A DNA stretch of 64,000 nucleotides from Phoronis australis (GCA_002633005.1 NMRA01000014.1:1902960-1966959), one strand, 5' to 3'. Positions 36,801 to 51,183 are shown, counted from the stretch's first letter. Notes: generated from the letters alone by a model not told the origin. Program-made: numbers and translations.

Positions 36801-37245
36801 GGGCTTGCACAAAATCAACCCCACGCTAATAACTGACTTTGGGCACAAGATCGACATTTCCATTGCGGGGCTGACTAAAACCAAAGGACCTAACAGGCCT
36901 TTCTTAACTTTTTTCATTGTGCTCTTTTAATGATAACGAAAAGCTATTTGCGGTTAACTGCCTTAGAACACATTTGAATAAAACAGCAAATTTGAGAGTC
37001 ACTTGAGATCAAATGAACCACCTATTTCTGAGTTACATCAGACCTCATTAGGTTGTGATGTCTAGTTCCATTGCGCGATGGCTCAAAGAGATTACGGCTT
37101 TAGCTGGAATTGATATCTCAAATTTCAAAGTGCGTTCAACTAGAGCTGCTTCAGTTTCAAATGCCAGGCAGTTAGGGGCCTCTGCACAGCAGATACATCT
37201 TGTGCCAATTTGGCCAATGTTAACACTTTCAATAAATTCGCAGTA
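33880..37245 (+). mobile_element. Degenerate DIRS1-type tyrosine-recombinase retrotransposon (gag, RT/RNase H, methyltransferase-like domain, YR)
   Basis: gag-like LVEQSVVLICQ..RMNVL. RT: PLGGRLARFLHNWRKLTKDTWVLQTVQGY, FKMEG, YEFQVFLFGLSSAPRVFTKLLKP, LIYLDY. RNase H start LIITTEAS. MT: DLFADRL..FVSW..DAF..YTFPSFCLI..VPPVWPGQPW (35992-36210). YR: VGQHPVIKHLLRGMFN, SIARWLKEITALAGID..FKVRSTRAAS. Many stops and frameshifts. Confidence 0.92.
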
Positions 37246-37406
37246 GTTATCATGGTTGCATTCTGCACCAGAATGCTTGCGCACCAGCCATCCGAAATTC
37301 CGCACGCATCTTTTGCCAAAAAAGGAAAGGCAGAATATAGTTTGGGTAACCAACTAAATTCCTTAGAGAAGAGAAAATCATACTCACTCATAAAGTTGTG
37401 CACGCT

Positions 37407-37664
37407 CATGGGCGCACCCATGGTTGTGGGCTCGGAGGCCTTGAATGAGCCCCCCAATTTGGCGAATTTGGGCAAAATGGTCCGCTCCAGTGAAACAAAG
37501 TCCGAGTAAACGACACAAAAGTCCACGAAGCCAACAGGAATGCGCAATGCGTAGGCCTGAACCTAGTGGCCGCGTTTTTTTAGTCCTCGTTGATTTTTTT
37601 CAGTAAAAGGTCCGCATACCGAAAATTTCGAGCCCCCCTATATTTTAGGCTGCGTGCGCGCATG
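37407..37664 (+). mobile_element. MITE, CATGCGCGCACCCAG-TIR family
   Basis: Inverted termini catgggcgcaccca ... tgcgtgcgcgcatg; family members at ~18880 and 56516. Confidence 0.75.
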
Positions 37665-37814
37665 ACACTGTCGACCTCCCTCAACAACAAACGTAGGCAG
37701 TGCTTCCAACGAAACCCCTTAGTATATTATTATATTAACTCATAACGTGTTATCGTAGTGTGCTCCTTAATTAACGAACATATTTACACGTCTCCACCAC
37801 CATTCAGAACTTAA

Positions 37815-40800
37815 GTATCAGTCCACGGATCCACCGACCACTGTACAGCCAACAAGCGGCAAGGTGGGGGGTCAGCCATTCAGATCCATGTTTAGTCTGA
37901 TAAATCACATTAGGGATGAGAGAAATTGGGTGAAGTACGACACCACAAAGTTTGGTGGTTTAGGAGATACAAGGGAAGTGTTCTTGGGGGCAAAATGAGG
38001 CAATTTCTTGGTGTGGGATGAGTCATCGTTTTGACCAAATTTTCTACTCCAGTTTCTGCTTCAAACAGAATCGTTTCTGAACAATTTTGATATCACATGA
38101 TAGGTTCATGACCAATGTCAGTAAAAACGGCACCGACACTGCAATATCGGTTACCATGGTAACGATGGAACTGTTTCCGTGGAGGTACATTTCCTTCTTG
38201 TGAAAAACCAGCAGTAAGTTGTACCCTTATAGCGAAGCTGCCCCCGCGAGAAAACTAAAAATAATAACATGGACATGTAGAAGACACCATGCCCTTGAAA
38301 TTAATATAATAAAAACTTTGTCAGCCCTTCAGGCAGGCTTGGTAGTAGGTGTCTGAATTTCACTATTTTCAGACCGCGTATGTATATTTGTCATTAAACC
38401 AGTCACTAGAAGTGCGCCGTTTCTACGCATTAATATGCCGTGGTATAATACAACAATTAAAAGAATTGGTTTGCTTAAATGTTTTTAATTAATTTTAAGG
38501 ACACTAGCATTTCCCACTAAAATATGAAATTATACTAAATTTGTACATCCAACTCGTCTGAATACCAAACTAAAGCTTACAATGCGTTAGTTGAATGATG
38601 GCTGACCTAAAGTGCTGGGTTATCTATTTATCTGGCACTGCCAGTCGCATCGAATGTGGTATTTCTACAAATGTCGGAGAGAAACAACTTTGGAAACTCT
38701 TGGGAAATGCACAAGGTATAGAGCGAGACATTTGAGCACCATATAAGAGTACGGTGGAGCTGACGTGGAGGTGGAACGTGTCCTCGTGAGAAGTAGTCTG
38801 TCTCAGCGTCTGCCTCGGTCTCGGAGGCAGGTGTGCAGCAGGAGCTACATAATCTGCCGTATAAGATTCACTTGCCCGAATCATCGTTACAACACTCGAG
38901 ATATATTACTGTCGCCAAAGACACTGAGAACATCCACTGCACACTAGAGGAGAAATCTGATAGAGCCTGATAGAGGTCTGAAAAATGACCAAAGACGTTA
39001 AGTCAAGGTTAACGTCCTGCTTCGTGTGAGCTCAGGTAGGAATCACGAAACTCCAGCGTCTGACCCTGAGGAATATTTTTAGATGCACGTCATTCATGCA
39101 AAAATACTTTTATTGACTCACCGTGGTTGCTTATAACTTGGGCCTTATTACTTAATCATATCTTATTCAAATGTGTTGATGTTTATGCAACTACATGTAT
39201 ACATAGGCATAGAAAATAGGTAGTCATCATAACTTTTCATAACAACCACCAAATGTGTAACAAGACTTCTGCCCATGAACTACTTTTAGAGACTGGGAAT
39301 ATGTTATGTCTGGCAATGAATTTCTGCGATTGAAGTTAATTAAACATGCTAAAGTCGTCAAAAATATTGGTGCCTTCACTTTAGCTCGGTATTCATATTT
39401 TCTGAGCCGAAATGGTCACATTAAATTCAATATGTTTTATTTTTTCATTAATACAATTTTAGGAATCAGGAAAGGCTTATGCTGAAGAAGTGGCTTCTGC
39501 TGAAGTTGGAGACTTGCCGATTATTAGCAAAGGTTGGGTATGGAAAAGTTCACAACCAGCAAGAAGGCTGTACCCTTCTGGACAACTAAGTGAGGGGGCT
39601 AGAGAGGGGCCGTAAAGTCTACTCCCAGAAGAAATGTCAAAGAGAATTTGTAGCTTGAGGAACGAGTCGGGGAAAAAGTATTTGCCAAAGATTACTGGCT
39701 TATACCACAACAGGTCCAAAGTAATTTGTTAAGATAGGCCACTCTCAGCAAATGTGGGGAAACTGGGACAGAGGAAGTGGAGTATGCATTGAAAGAGGCA
39801 ATCTGCGATTGTCAAGGATTTAGCATTGTAAAAATTCAAAGGGAGGAAACAGTACAGTGGCTGGACCTGTAAATACTCTGGCTGATCTGCTAAATCCAGT
39901 GGGGGCATTATTGTATCAGCACAGCTGTGTAGGGAAGTAGGCTTGTGTGTTGTCGCAAGCTTTGTTTGAACCAGAACTGCTTGTGTGAACAGCACAAATC
40001 TAAAATTTACCTAGTCTAAGACTGAATTTTTGTCCAGGCACTGATCATGATCCTGAGCCACATGGTAATGTTGCATTGTTCATTTTGTTTAGGCACTGGA
40101 TTTTTTGGTCTGACAGGATTTCTCAGTGTGGCCATCACATTTAGATGATTTCTGACCACTGTACTGTTCCTTTTCCTTGAAGATGCGTAATTGATCTGAA
40201 TTTATGTTTCCGCAATTTATTTACCATTATAGATTTTTGTTTGTAAATGGGTATATATTATTGAAATTTGAGACCCTGTTGCACTTAGGCTGGTTTCGTT
40301 AACTTATCTCTCTACCTGGGTTGCAAACCCATATTCTGTCAAGGAGGTAATAAGTTTTGATTTAGACCATTTACCTCTATAAACTTTGCTCAGTTTGTTC
40401 CTTATCCAGATGGGAAGTGATTTCTGGAATTGTAGCGAATTGACAGTTTGCTATTCCTTGAGACCATGCTGTGTGTACAAAATTACACACTATTAGTCTG
40501 GTCTCTAGCAATTGCATATTGCCAGATCTTTCAAAGTTCTGAAATTTCTCAAAAGTGACCTGGAAGTAATACCTATTTCGTGATGGTAAAATGTCTAAAT
40601 CAAAAGTTGTTTTATGTGATTTTAGGCAAGTTTATGTCCACTTCAAATGATTTTTTGTTGCAGTACTGAAAAGTATTGGCACATTAGGTCTGGTGGCTCC
40701 TTGTTTTTTTGGCGAATTAACCATTTTATGGTTCCCATGGGTAATTTTGTTACTGGTCCAGTATGTATGTACAACTGTTATTGTAGGGTAATTGTAATGC

Positions 40801-42822
40801 AAACCACGTTGCAAAAGTATTTTTTCATGACCATTTCATCGTAAAATGCTGCCTAATTGGAACCGACAAGCCAATTTTTCATTTTGTGGTAGTTGGTTTT
40901 GATAAGAACATGGATGTGGTAAATACAGCTACCTCAAGTTTGTGAAATAGAGATTTCCAGTGTTGTCAGCGATATTGCGAAATCACTTCTTCGCAGTGAG
41001 ACTACATCACCTTAAATATAATTATGGGCTTTGTGTGGTTGACTCTGTCCTGTAGCAATTAGAGTGTTGAAAATATCTGGAAGGCAATTTTTTATTAGAG
41101 TCATAACATTTGCACTTTGCATTGTGTTACGAAAACATATTTTGTAGTACACAAGTCTCTGGTTGGTATTTTATATTGTTCACAAGGAATATTTTCAACT
41201 TAGATGAGTTGTCTGTGAGGTACGCAATTTTCAAATAAGATAATGAATAAAATTGTCAAACATTGTTTTATTTTTTAGATGTGTGATCTTCCAATAAGTG
41301 ATTACTTTTTAAAAACCTGTGCAGAATTTGATTTTTACTCTTCATTTAAAGGAGAATAAATCCATAAACCTGCATTGTCTAGAAATTTTACTCAAATTAC
41401 ATATTACAGGGTTGGGGATTGGAATCTGAATATAACAGAGTCTGAACCCGTACCATAAGCAATACAACACAATATACACGGATATAAAAAATTGGTGTTT
41501 AGGTTCCACGGAAAGGATTCGTGTGCGCGGTAATAGGTACTAAGGTGCGTGGTCATTGTTTGCGGATACTTTGGGATTCCTCTTCTGTGGTCGTCCACGG
41601 GAAACCTGGTCGCATAGAGAACAATAGATTAGCATCTTCATTGTTCCCGTTGTTACAATAAACATATAATGACGAGCACTTATCGGCAACGGTCTGATGT
41701 ACGCAAGATTCCATATCCATGCGACCTGTGTTGTTATATCCAACAATGACACAACAAAGGAAAACAATGATAGGACCGATGGGAGAAAAACAGGCGACGA
41801 GTTGCCACGGACAGTGGTGGAGTTTGTCTTGTCATTCGAATGTTTTTAGAGAACTGCAAACCCGGTATTTCGTCAGGAAAATTTCTGCGGTCTTTTGTTT
41901 TAAGTCGTGGGAAAAATTGCGGTCATGCCACCAAACTTATCATTCATTTGATATTACAATGCATTGCATGAACATTTGATCAACAGAAAATCTGACTTGA
42001 ATATGTGTGAAGAAATACCCATGAGGAAATTGCAAAGTAAAACAACTGTAAATCAAAGTAAGCTACATTTGTCGAGTTCATGTCTAACCCTGTTCACTGT
42101 GGAGGACACAATCGGCTTTTTACAAAATGGAGTTATGTATGGTATTTAGGGGTACTATAGCCTTAAGTGATCAGTAGTAAAACGTTCAAAACATTGAGGA
42201 GGAACTAACTTGTTGCAAAATATCGAAAAACATGAAGGGCAATCGGATTTTACGGTGCTCACGCATCGATCTCAGATATATGAAAATTTCGCATTTTAGT
42301 ACATTTGAGGTGCCAAAATGTATAACTAATAAACTGGCTGACAAATTTTTTATATTATGCAATGCAAGTAACGTGTTTTGTCAATATTTTGGCTAAGTTT
42401 GATTCTCATAACAGTGGGGGCAGATTTAGTACAGCAGTGTACTGAACACAACCTCAAAATGGCATAACGGGGGGCAGTGTAGTAAAACTACTAAATGAGG
42501 GTGGTAAATCGGAATCGTGTTTCAAGACATCTGCGTAACAATCTATACGCTCCAATAAACAATGCCAAGTGAATAATAAATCAATAACTTTCATTCAAGG
42601 AAAAATATGAACAGTTAAAACTGGACAGTTTTTATACCGTGAAAACATGGCTGCGAAGCCGTAAAATGTGTTTGAACCTATAACTTAAGAAAAACGCAAT
42701 ATTTTGAAGAAATATTTTACCGCTGTTTATAGGTCCCATAGGACTACATATGTGCCAAATTTGGTGAAAATCGGCTTACCCCCACCTTGCCGCTCATGGT
42801 TGGTGCTCTCGTGGACTAGTAC
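37815..42822 (+). mobile_element. ~5 kb TTAA-flanked DNA element with imperfect TIRs, containing Sola3-like transposase relics
   Basis: Left end ttaa|gtatcagtccacg..agcggcaaggtgggggtcagcc is inverted relative to right end ggcttacccccaccttgccgct..cgtggactagtac|ttaa. Internal decayed frames at 38706-39035 and 39463-39735. Confidence 0.6.
38706..39735 (+). pseudogene. Transposase relic (N-terminal Cys/His region joined to a C-terminal GWxxK...WLxxQQV segment; catalytic core absent)
   Basis: Frames read TCPNHRY / TLEIYY..H*EHPLH / PDRGL..VLLRVSSG|gtagg, then KGWVWKS..PEEMSKRICSLRNESGK / VFAKDYWLIPQQVQS. The Sola3 assignment is from remembered motifs, not a search. Confidence 0.55.
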
Positions 42823-43999
42823 TTAATTGTAATAAGAAAAGAAATAGCCGTATCAGTCGTATTATCTGTTCCTCTGATATCATGCTAAGAACACTCCTAT
42901 AGGACACTCACATTCAATTCGTCAGGGATGGGCATAGAAGCATTTATGAAATAAACGTTTGGAAGCTGTTTATATTTGGATCTTCGATGAATTTGCTCTA
43001 TTATATCTTCATTTTACATTGCACCTGGAAATCCAAAAAGCTGAGAAAAACAACAACAAACAAAGGCAATTCTTTGTAAATGATTCATTTACGATTTTCA
43101 TATCAAAACTGGTCACACTCATTGTCAACAACTGTTAGTTTGAGCTATCAATTTTAAAAATAATAAATTGAAAATAGCTCACAGATGGTTGAAAAATAAG
43201 CATTCACGACGCTTCTTCTCTTACATGTACATGTTAAGATAGAGTCGTCACAATAGGCACGATTTCATACTTCAAGCGATCTAAATATTTTGGTAACGCC
43301 GTCGGAAATAACACATATCTTTGCAAAAGCTAAAGAATTTCAACTTGGATCACGCACTTAACGACACTTGAGTTTATACGAAAAGAAAACAGAAAATATC
43401 AACACAAATTAGAGAACTAGTGTTCGGAAACTGGATTTCGTGATTTAATAGCTGACATCCTCAATAGCGAATCTACAAGAAAATCTGTTATTTCCCGTTT
43501 CCCGAATAAATGGAAATGGAGGGGGGAGGGCAAACTAATTTGAATTCGCGAAACGCTTGCCCCCCCATGGTCCCAAATTTCAGATTTCTCCCTAGCGCAC
43601 CACCTTTTGAATTTCTGGTCCTCGCCACTTTCGTCCATCCCACCGTCATAGTTGAGTTGACTCTACTGTAAGGGGGACAAATCCAGGCAGGCAAATTTCA
43701 CGCAAACTGGTCACTAGACCTCATGTGAACACGTTAAAAGCCTTACGGGTTTAGGATGCGATTTTTACTTTAGCAATAATCTTACTGATTTTACTTCCGA
43801 AATCTCTTTTGAAGGAATAGTAGTACTAACGTAACAAACTCGTACCATGGGCTGCTAAATGCGTTAATTATCTTTGAGCGAATGAAAACCGGGAAATCTG
43901 CAGAATCAGGTGAAATTACTTTAGATTTTTATAAATTTTGTGCCCATGTATTAAGTCTTTAGTGATCAGTTTGTTTAATCGTATTTGGACAGTGACACT

Positions 44000-44340
44000 T
44001 ATTCCACTCGGTGTACTGTACAAAGGGGGCACAGAGAACTACTCTACCAACCTTAGTGGGAATTAGTGCAACATGGTCAACAATTGAACGGAAGAAATAG
44101 GAACGATATCAGAAGCTCAAACTGGCTTTGGAAAAGGTTATTCCCTTGTAGACATTTTAGTTTTTCACACATTAATAACTAAGTATTTGGAGACGTTGGT
44201 TCAGATTTTATTGTCTTTCCAAGAGAGCCTTTGAATGGGTTTGGAGATACCAATGGCTTAAATTACACTTACAAGGTTCTTTGATACACCATTAGTGGAA
44301 ATACATAGAATATTTGAATGGTATGAAATCATCTCAGTAT
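44000..44340 (+). mobile_element. LINE (non-LTR) reverse transcriptase fragment
   Basis: 44088-44190 translates TEEIGTISEAQTGFGKGYSLVDILVFHTLITKYL, matching the QxGFRxGxSTxD RT motif. Confidence 0.7.
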
Positions 44341-44767
44341 CTAGCAGAGACTTAGCATTTTTACTCCAATGAGATTTAATTATTTTTCTGAAATAGTTAT
44401 GTGGAGCGTAAGACAAACTCTCTGATAAAAGTCTCAAGTCATTTTTCGAACATAGACTATAACAATGGTCATGGCCTTGGTCTCAAAATATCAATTTTGA
44501 GTAAGAAACAATTTGGGACCGGAGGATTCGTCGACAAGCGGGGTAAGGAGTGAAAATGGTGACAACCGGGGGAGGGGTCAAAGTCTCCTACGCCTATGGT
44601 CGGACAGAGCTACTGTACGTCATCCTCCCAAACATCCAAGTCCAGATGAGCCCATGCAATTTCAAAACGGTAACTGCTATAAATTAAAAATCAGTGTTTT
44701 TGCCAGAAAGCAACAAAAAGCAGCTTCTGTGAGTAAATGCAATTGAAGCAGTGAACGGTGCCATCAG

Positions 44768-45037
44768 GGTTTCCTTCATGAAAAGTGATATCTGGTTTCA
44801 CGCTCCACACAACTACATGTATTTCTGAAAAAATAGCTAAATCTCACTTAAGCAAAAGGGCGAAATATTTGAGAACATGCTCAAAATTGCTAGTAACTGA
44901 GATGTTGTCTAAAAGTTATTTCTACATTGTAATGCACTCATAATTACTTGGTGAAAACTTTCGTCAGCAACTGCCAAGTGGGAGCATGAAACCAAATCTC
45001 TGTCTTATGTTTCAAGTCATTTTCATGAAACAAACCC
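44768..45037. mobile_element. Small Harbinger-type MITE
   Basis: Inverted termini ggtttccttcatgaaaa..atctggtttcacgctcc and ggagcatgaaaccaaat..ttttcatgaaacaaacc, with CWG-like flanks. Similar ends (tttcatgaaac..gagccctg) at ~46325 and ~51920. Confidence 0.55.
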
Positions 45038-48000
45038 CTGGTAATTTCTGACTTTCAATTTATACCTATAATTACTTTGTCAAGATAATTGGCCAGAAAA
45101 GCTAGCTTCACATTCAAAATAAACCTTTGCACCGGATTATGTTAACATTCACTAATGAACACAATGCACATGCGACACATAATCCATATCCGAATTGAGG
45201 TGATGCTAGCGGGCTCAGTCAACGAATAGCAAATATCCGTGCCATGAACAGTAGACCGAATTTTTGCCGACATCTAACATCGGCATTCTTACAATTCGCT
45301 CCAACGACTGTGTAGACTTCCATTTCAGAGTTATTGACTAAACAAATGGTTTATGTGATATGTTTGTAATTAAGTCCACCTTTTAAAAATAAAAAGTTGA
45401 ACAAACACAGTTATTTGTTTGCACTACTGTGCATGGGTAAAAATAAGGCGCATACTAACCTATGGAGAACGTTGACTTCCGCGCAATTCCGGGATGTCTG
45501 TTGCAGTTTTTACGCGTGATACCTGATCAGATTCTCAGGTGTGGACAACAGTGAACACTGATCCGGTTCCGGTTTGTTATAATCAATGATATGTATATAA
45601 GAAAGGTAATTTGCACGAAGTGCTAGATTATCTTTATTATTTGCAGGTTTGTGGCCATGCATAATTAAATCTCGTTACTAGCAGACTGATCCTATTTACA
45701 TGTATAAAACAGGCGTCATGAATTGGACACAAAATAAGATCACAGGCCTACCTAGTTAGATTTAGAAACCCCATGAAAAGACGATCAAATGAACAACACC
45801 ATTTAAGCTTTCCTCGTCGTTGTTTTCCAAGTCCAGGGCCCGTGATGTAATCTTTACATACGAAAGCGGACTCGATGACCTCTAGATTCAAACTACATGC
45901 AGGACCTCGGGGCCACCAAGTGCAAGCCACTAGACAATCGTCCACGTAAACCATGTTGTCTAGCACAGAATAATATAACATACCTCGAGTTCGCAAAAAA
46001 AATAATACGCAAAATATGAAAATAAGTTGAAGTTCGATTTTGATTACAAAGATTAGACCGCGGGCACATGGTTCTTGCACGATCAGCACAGGACCCTCAC
46101 TGTCCTGACACAAAAGAACTCAGAAATCTTAGAAGTTTTCATTTCGTTATCTAACAAACCTCTTAAAATTTCGTTGTGAAAACACGCTCTGATCATAATA
46201 GTTCAAACTCTGTTGAAGTGCTTGTTGACCCATAGGTCATTGTAAAAGGCTAGTTTATGGTTTGACTCTTCAATAATTACAATAATAACTTGCCAACAAT
46301 GGGACGTTTCTAGACATTAAACTTTCATGAAACAAGAGCCCTGGGCTTCATTCATTTACGGAGTAGATTCGAGTCCATTGTTTCCTGACGTCGCAGACAC
46401 AAATGATATTCGTCTTCTTGATTAGCCTTAAAATATACGTTGAACAAATTTAATATGGTGGTGACCTAAGTCTTCTTACTGGCAATCATATTTTGTATAC
46501 CAAGTTGCTTACCTGATTTGTGTACTGGGTGTTGTATATTTTGCATGACATTTTGTGGTAATATTATTCCAGAGAGACTGTGGATGCCCTTCCGTATAGT
46601 TGTGCTCTGTAGTATTTTTGTAGATACTTTATTTTTATTTCATAGACATATAATAGATGTGAAAGTTTCCGTGTGAAGTTCTTCATGTAGTACATAGTGT
46701 GATACACAGTAGCTGGCAATTAGCAACTCTAATAAAAATCTTATTTTTATGCTGTGTGACACTGTGCATTTTGGTACCTGGTCATTTTGGACAGGCCGGG
46801 TTCGGCACCTTATGCAACCTTCGAATATTTGCGAATTTTTGCTGTTGTCTAAGTTGGTATTAAGAAGGTATTTTAATCAGCAGTACATTTTTTCACTTCG
46901 TGTATATCCTGTCTTAACAGTGATTTGAAAAGTTGTGTTCTCACTCTATAATTTATAACCTCACTTTTGCTAAAACTAACAGCCTTGTGTATTTCTTTTG
47001 TGATTGGCAACCGAATGTCTTATCACTTCGAATTTCATATCCAAATTTGCCAGCCCATTAGGTGTTCATGCTGTACTTAATTTAGATATTACTGAACTTT
47101 AGTTTTGTATCCAGGTTAAAAGTTACGGTCTTGCTTTATGGTTACGAGTGATGAAAATTTCAAAAATTTTCCAACATGGTCTGTATCTCAAAAACAGCTT
47201 ATCAAACTCAAACGAAACAGACACTATGCTATCGACATTGCTCTCCAGAATAAAGGGCTTGTTTTTGAATAAGAAACCGTCAAAAGTGAGACTTTAATTA
47301 ATGATTTTGATGAAAATATCAGTTTTCATCTTAAAAGCCGTATAAAATAAAAAATACGTATTGAAAACTGATTTTGAGATATGTTCATGAATATATCTAT
47401 ATATATGAAATGAAATTTGGCCATGCTGATAATGCTTTATTTTTCCTGCAATTTTTTTATTTTAGTAAAAGAAAACATGTTCATGTGAAGGCAGATTTGT
47501 GTTGAGTAAAAAATTAAATACTACAATCTTTCTATTTTCAGAAAACATGTACCTTTTTAGTACAATTATGGAATTTTGCAGGAAATTTGACTAAAAGCAC
47601 ATGCTTCCTGGTGAGGTTCCTCACCAGAAATTATCATAATTCTCTACCCTTTGTAGTATGCAAGTTATTTACGGGTGAGAAACAACATGACCGCCGGTCC
47701 CGCAAATCGGACCGACTCGCCACAAAACAGCACCCTGGCACCAGAAAATGGGACCGCACCCAAAAACATGACCGCCCTTCCACAAAACAGGCCCGCCGGA
47801 GACTGAACATGACCCCCGGGGATTGAAACCGCAATGACAATCAGGCTAAGTTTCGTGACCGATCAGTTGACACTAGGCCTATACAGATCATACTGTCGGG
47901 CTATATACGTATGCAGATCTTATGGGATTTATCCACCGAAATCTTGTGTGCTCAACAGGGCACTTCGCTTTAAAAACGCGGCGCTTTTGAGTTTTACTTC

Positions 48001-49353
48001 ACCAGGCTCTGCTGCAGTATGTGACTTATGAACAATTGAAAGAAGGTCAACATTTAAAATTAATACATCTAACCACAAACCAACCACGTTGCACACTTTT
48101 GAGCTAAATAATCATAATTTTATCCACTACGTAAGCTTTAGAGCAAAATGAAATTCATTTTCTGCAATTTGACGTTTTAGTCAAGTCAAAAATGGGAGTT
48201 ATGATTAGTATCACTGGAGGATTGCCCCTAGATAGCCTGCGGGGGCTACCTCTTACCACGGTTTTCACAGACCTTACCTTCCCTACCACTTTGACATACT
48301 TTTACGAGGCACGTGCACTGGCTTGTTTACTCTAACAAGGTAGTGGACACAACTGAGATTACAAAATGAGCTGATTGATAGACAAGTGCCAAGTGGACGT
48401 CTCGGAACAGATTCCGAGTCAGTTGCCCTAAAAGTCTTTACTAACTGAGGACGTATAAGAGCCATCGGGGATCGCAAATAATTCCAGCTCTCAGACTGAT
48501 TTCCAAATAAAATGTTACAGTGGTAATAGCCAACTCGTGATCCGTTAGCTGTGCTAGCCTTTTCAATGGGGAACAACCAATTCCTTCGGCTCGCTCTCCA
48601 TTTTGAACTTCCTGGGTGTACGTGAACTTACATGTAGAATTTTGCTTATTCTCAAGATCGCGTATGCGTGATCTTGGAACTTAATATCAATTAAAGCAAC
48701 CAGGTGATTTTTTTTTTGTTCATTCCAAAGACTTTTTATCATTATTGACCCCACAATCACCCAATTTCTTCTGCACCCAAATTTGTGTCATGGAATCGGA
48801 GGAATACGTGGACGGTTAATAGCCTATTGCTTGGTGAATAAGATCGTCAGTAGAAGAAAAAAAATACATATTGCTTTAAAAAAATATATTTTTGATTAAC
48901 CTGTAATTTCGTCTAGTGCACTGAAAATTTTAACAACCTTAACCAATTATTTGAGTAAACTTGCTAAGCTTACTCGGGCATGTGCGATCTTGAATTTAAG
49001 CAGAATTCTAAGCTCAAGCATACGACAGGATTCGACAACACAGTGTTCCTCAGCAACATATCACTTCGTCGGCCATCTTATTTAATGCTAAGAAATCTGT
49101 AATAAATTCAGTGTACATTGAAAAAATTCGACGTCAAAGACCATTATTTGGGCTAAGGTTTCGACCAAAATGGTTTGCGTAAAGATCCGTTTCATGAAAT
49201 TTTTAACAAAAATGAAGCAGAAATAGTATCTTTAAATAAATCAACAGAGTCCGCCAAATGGTTTAATGACACAGATTAGACTGCAAAACAACACGCTCAT
49301 TAAAAATGTAGTAACTCCCAATCCGGCCATATTGGTGGTGATGTATATATATA

Positions 49354-50185
49354 TATAGACTATTACAGGGCGAAGTCGTTATCCCCCATAATCTAGAGAC
49401 CGAGTGGATTTTGGAAAGAGGGGAGTCAATCCCGACGACGATAATTCTACAAATCCATGAGGGCTCTAGATAAGGGGGATAACGTCTGAGAACAGGTAAT
49501 AATCTATTTATACCACATACTGAACGATGAACATTGCAATGAATTGATCTACCTTTCTCAACTCGCCTCTACTTTTGTAACTACTGTCTATGTCTGAGGC
49601 ATGGGGTCGGAAGTCGTGACATTTTAAGAAACGCCAAGTTTTTCTTGTTAAAATTATCTTTTTATATGAACCAAATGAAAAATGAAACAAATAGAAATAA
49701 ATTGAAACTGTAAAATAAATTTTAAGCAACTAGTTTAGCTATTTCCATTCTAAGCTTCCACAGTGAAAATATCGTCTGCAATAGTAGGTTACCAATGGTT
49801 ACTGAGTATAATGCCCAATTCAAAGGATCCCGGCGACACATTACTCGCATTCAAACTGTAGATGGATGATTTTCAAGTGAGAGAAAATGACAGTTAAATT
49901 TTACTGAGTTAGAGATGTTGTTTATTGAAATTGTGCGTCTTATTTTTCATAGCGTATAAATGTCGGTACCATGCCGTTTGTTGAACATGCGATTGCTGCG
50001 CGTGCTCATTTAGTATTCCATTCTCACATTCAATGACGCCAGCTGCTGCGTGGTGCAGTGGTAAAGTTGACGACTCGAAACCCGCCTTGGTTTTCCGCCA
50101 AAGTGTTATTTTACACCGTTAAATAATTAAATGAGTTATTTAACGGTTGTATTGGCCATTTGGGGCTGATGTTGTGGTATAAGAA
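49354..50185 (+). mobile_element. Non-autonomous Crypton-like element (5' hairpin; ttataccac...gtggtataa)
   Basis: ~155-bp fold-back at 49354-49508 (cgttatcccc/ggggataacg, atctagag/ctctagat). ttataccaca at ~49508 is inverted to tgtggtataa at ~50173. The body repeats at 55085-55465. The family name is an inference. Confidence 0.5.
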
Positions 50186-51183
50186 TATTTACAATAGCTC
50201 GAAACAGAACAACACTGTTATAGTTAACAATTCAAAATAATGGTAACACAACGATGTAATAACAACAATAATGGTGTAGCACAATACATGAATACTGACA
50301 TTGGTTGAATACGGCAAGAAAGCAGTATGATCTTCATGATGAAGATAATACTCTAACGGGGCTCGATGTATAACTGCCGGTAGTTTGCCAAAATTATTTA
50401 TTCGCGGAGTTAAACAATATAACAATAAAACAACATTTATAATAAAACAAAACCAGGTTGAAACATACAGTGTTATGATTTCAACACGCTTTCAATATTA
50501 TTTGCCCAGAGAAGCACTTCATTAGCAATTCATCTATATTACAAGGAAGGTATTACCAGGATAGTAATGCCTTCCTGATATTACTAATCAATTTACACAT
50601 TATAGACACGGATAAACAACAATAAGATAACACCAACTAAATCAATGTGAGTCAGATGCTCTCCGGCTGTCTCTAGATTAAAGATTCTTACTTAACTGAA
50701 ATATAAAATTTGGGAAACAATACTAAAGCGTCAACAGTGGATCATTACAATATTATTAACGTGAACATCCCTAGCTGATTCAGAAGCTGAATCTGGTCTT
50801 CATCCAAATAGTGCCACACACAAACGGACAAAACATGGCCGCCGTACAACATCCTTGCAATCAAAGTCATCCACAACCGACTGCCCTTCATAATAAAATC
50901 TAGCAAGCACAACAGACTGGACCCCAATTTACATACAGTAGTGATAAGTTTCTCATACAAATACTAAACAAACTCAAAAGTATGCAAACTGCAAATTGCA
51001 CCTAACATAGCAACACAAGCTGAGATCTGCAACTTTTCCGATGCACTGCAGACTAGAATACAGTCCAAAGCAGGTCAGGCTCAATGCCTCTATTTAGCAG
51101 AATACAGAACCAGTTTAAAGTTGAATCACCTACACATAATTTTAGCATAAAAACACAATACAACGCACTGAAATTAACTGCAC

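Noticed and set aside
45748-46113. 121-aa minus-strand ORF with a YVDD motif
   Set aside because: No other RT motifs around it; probably chance.
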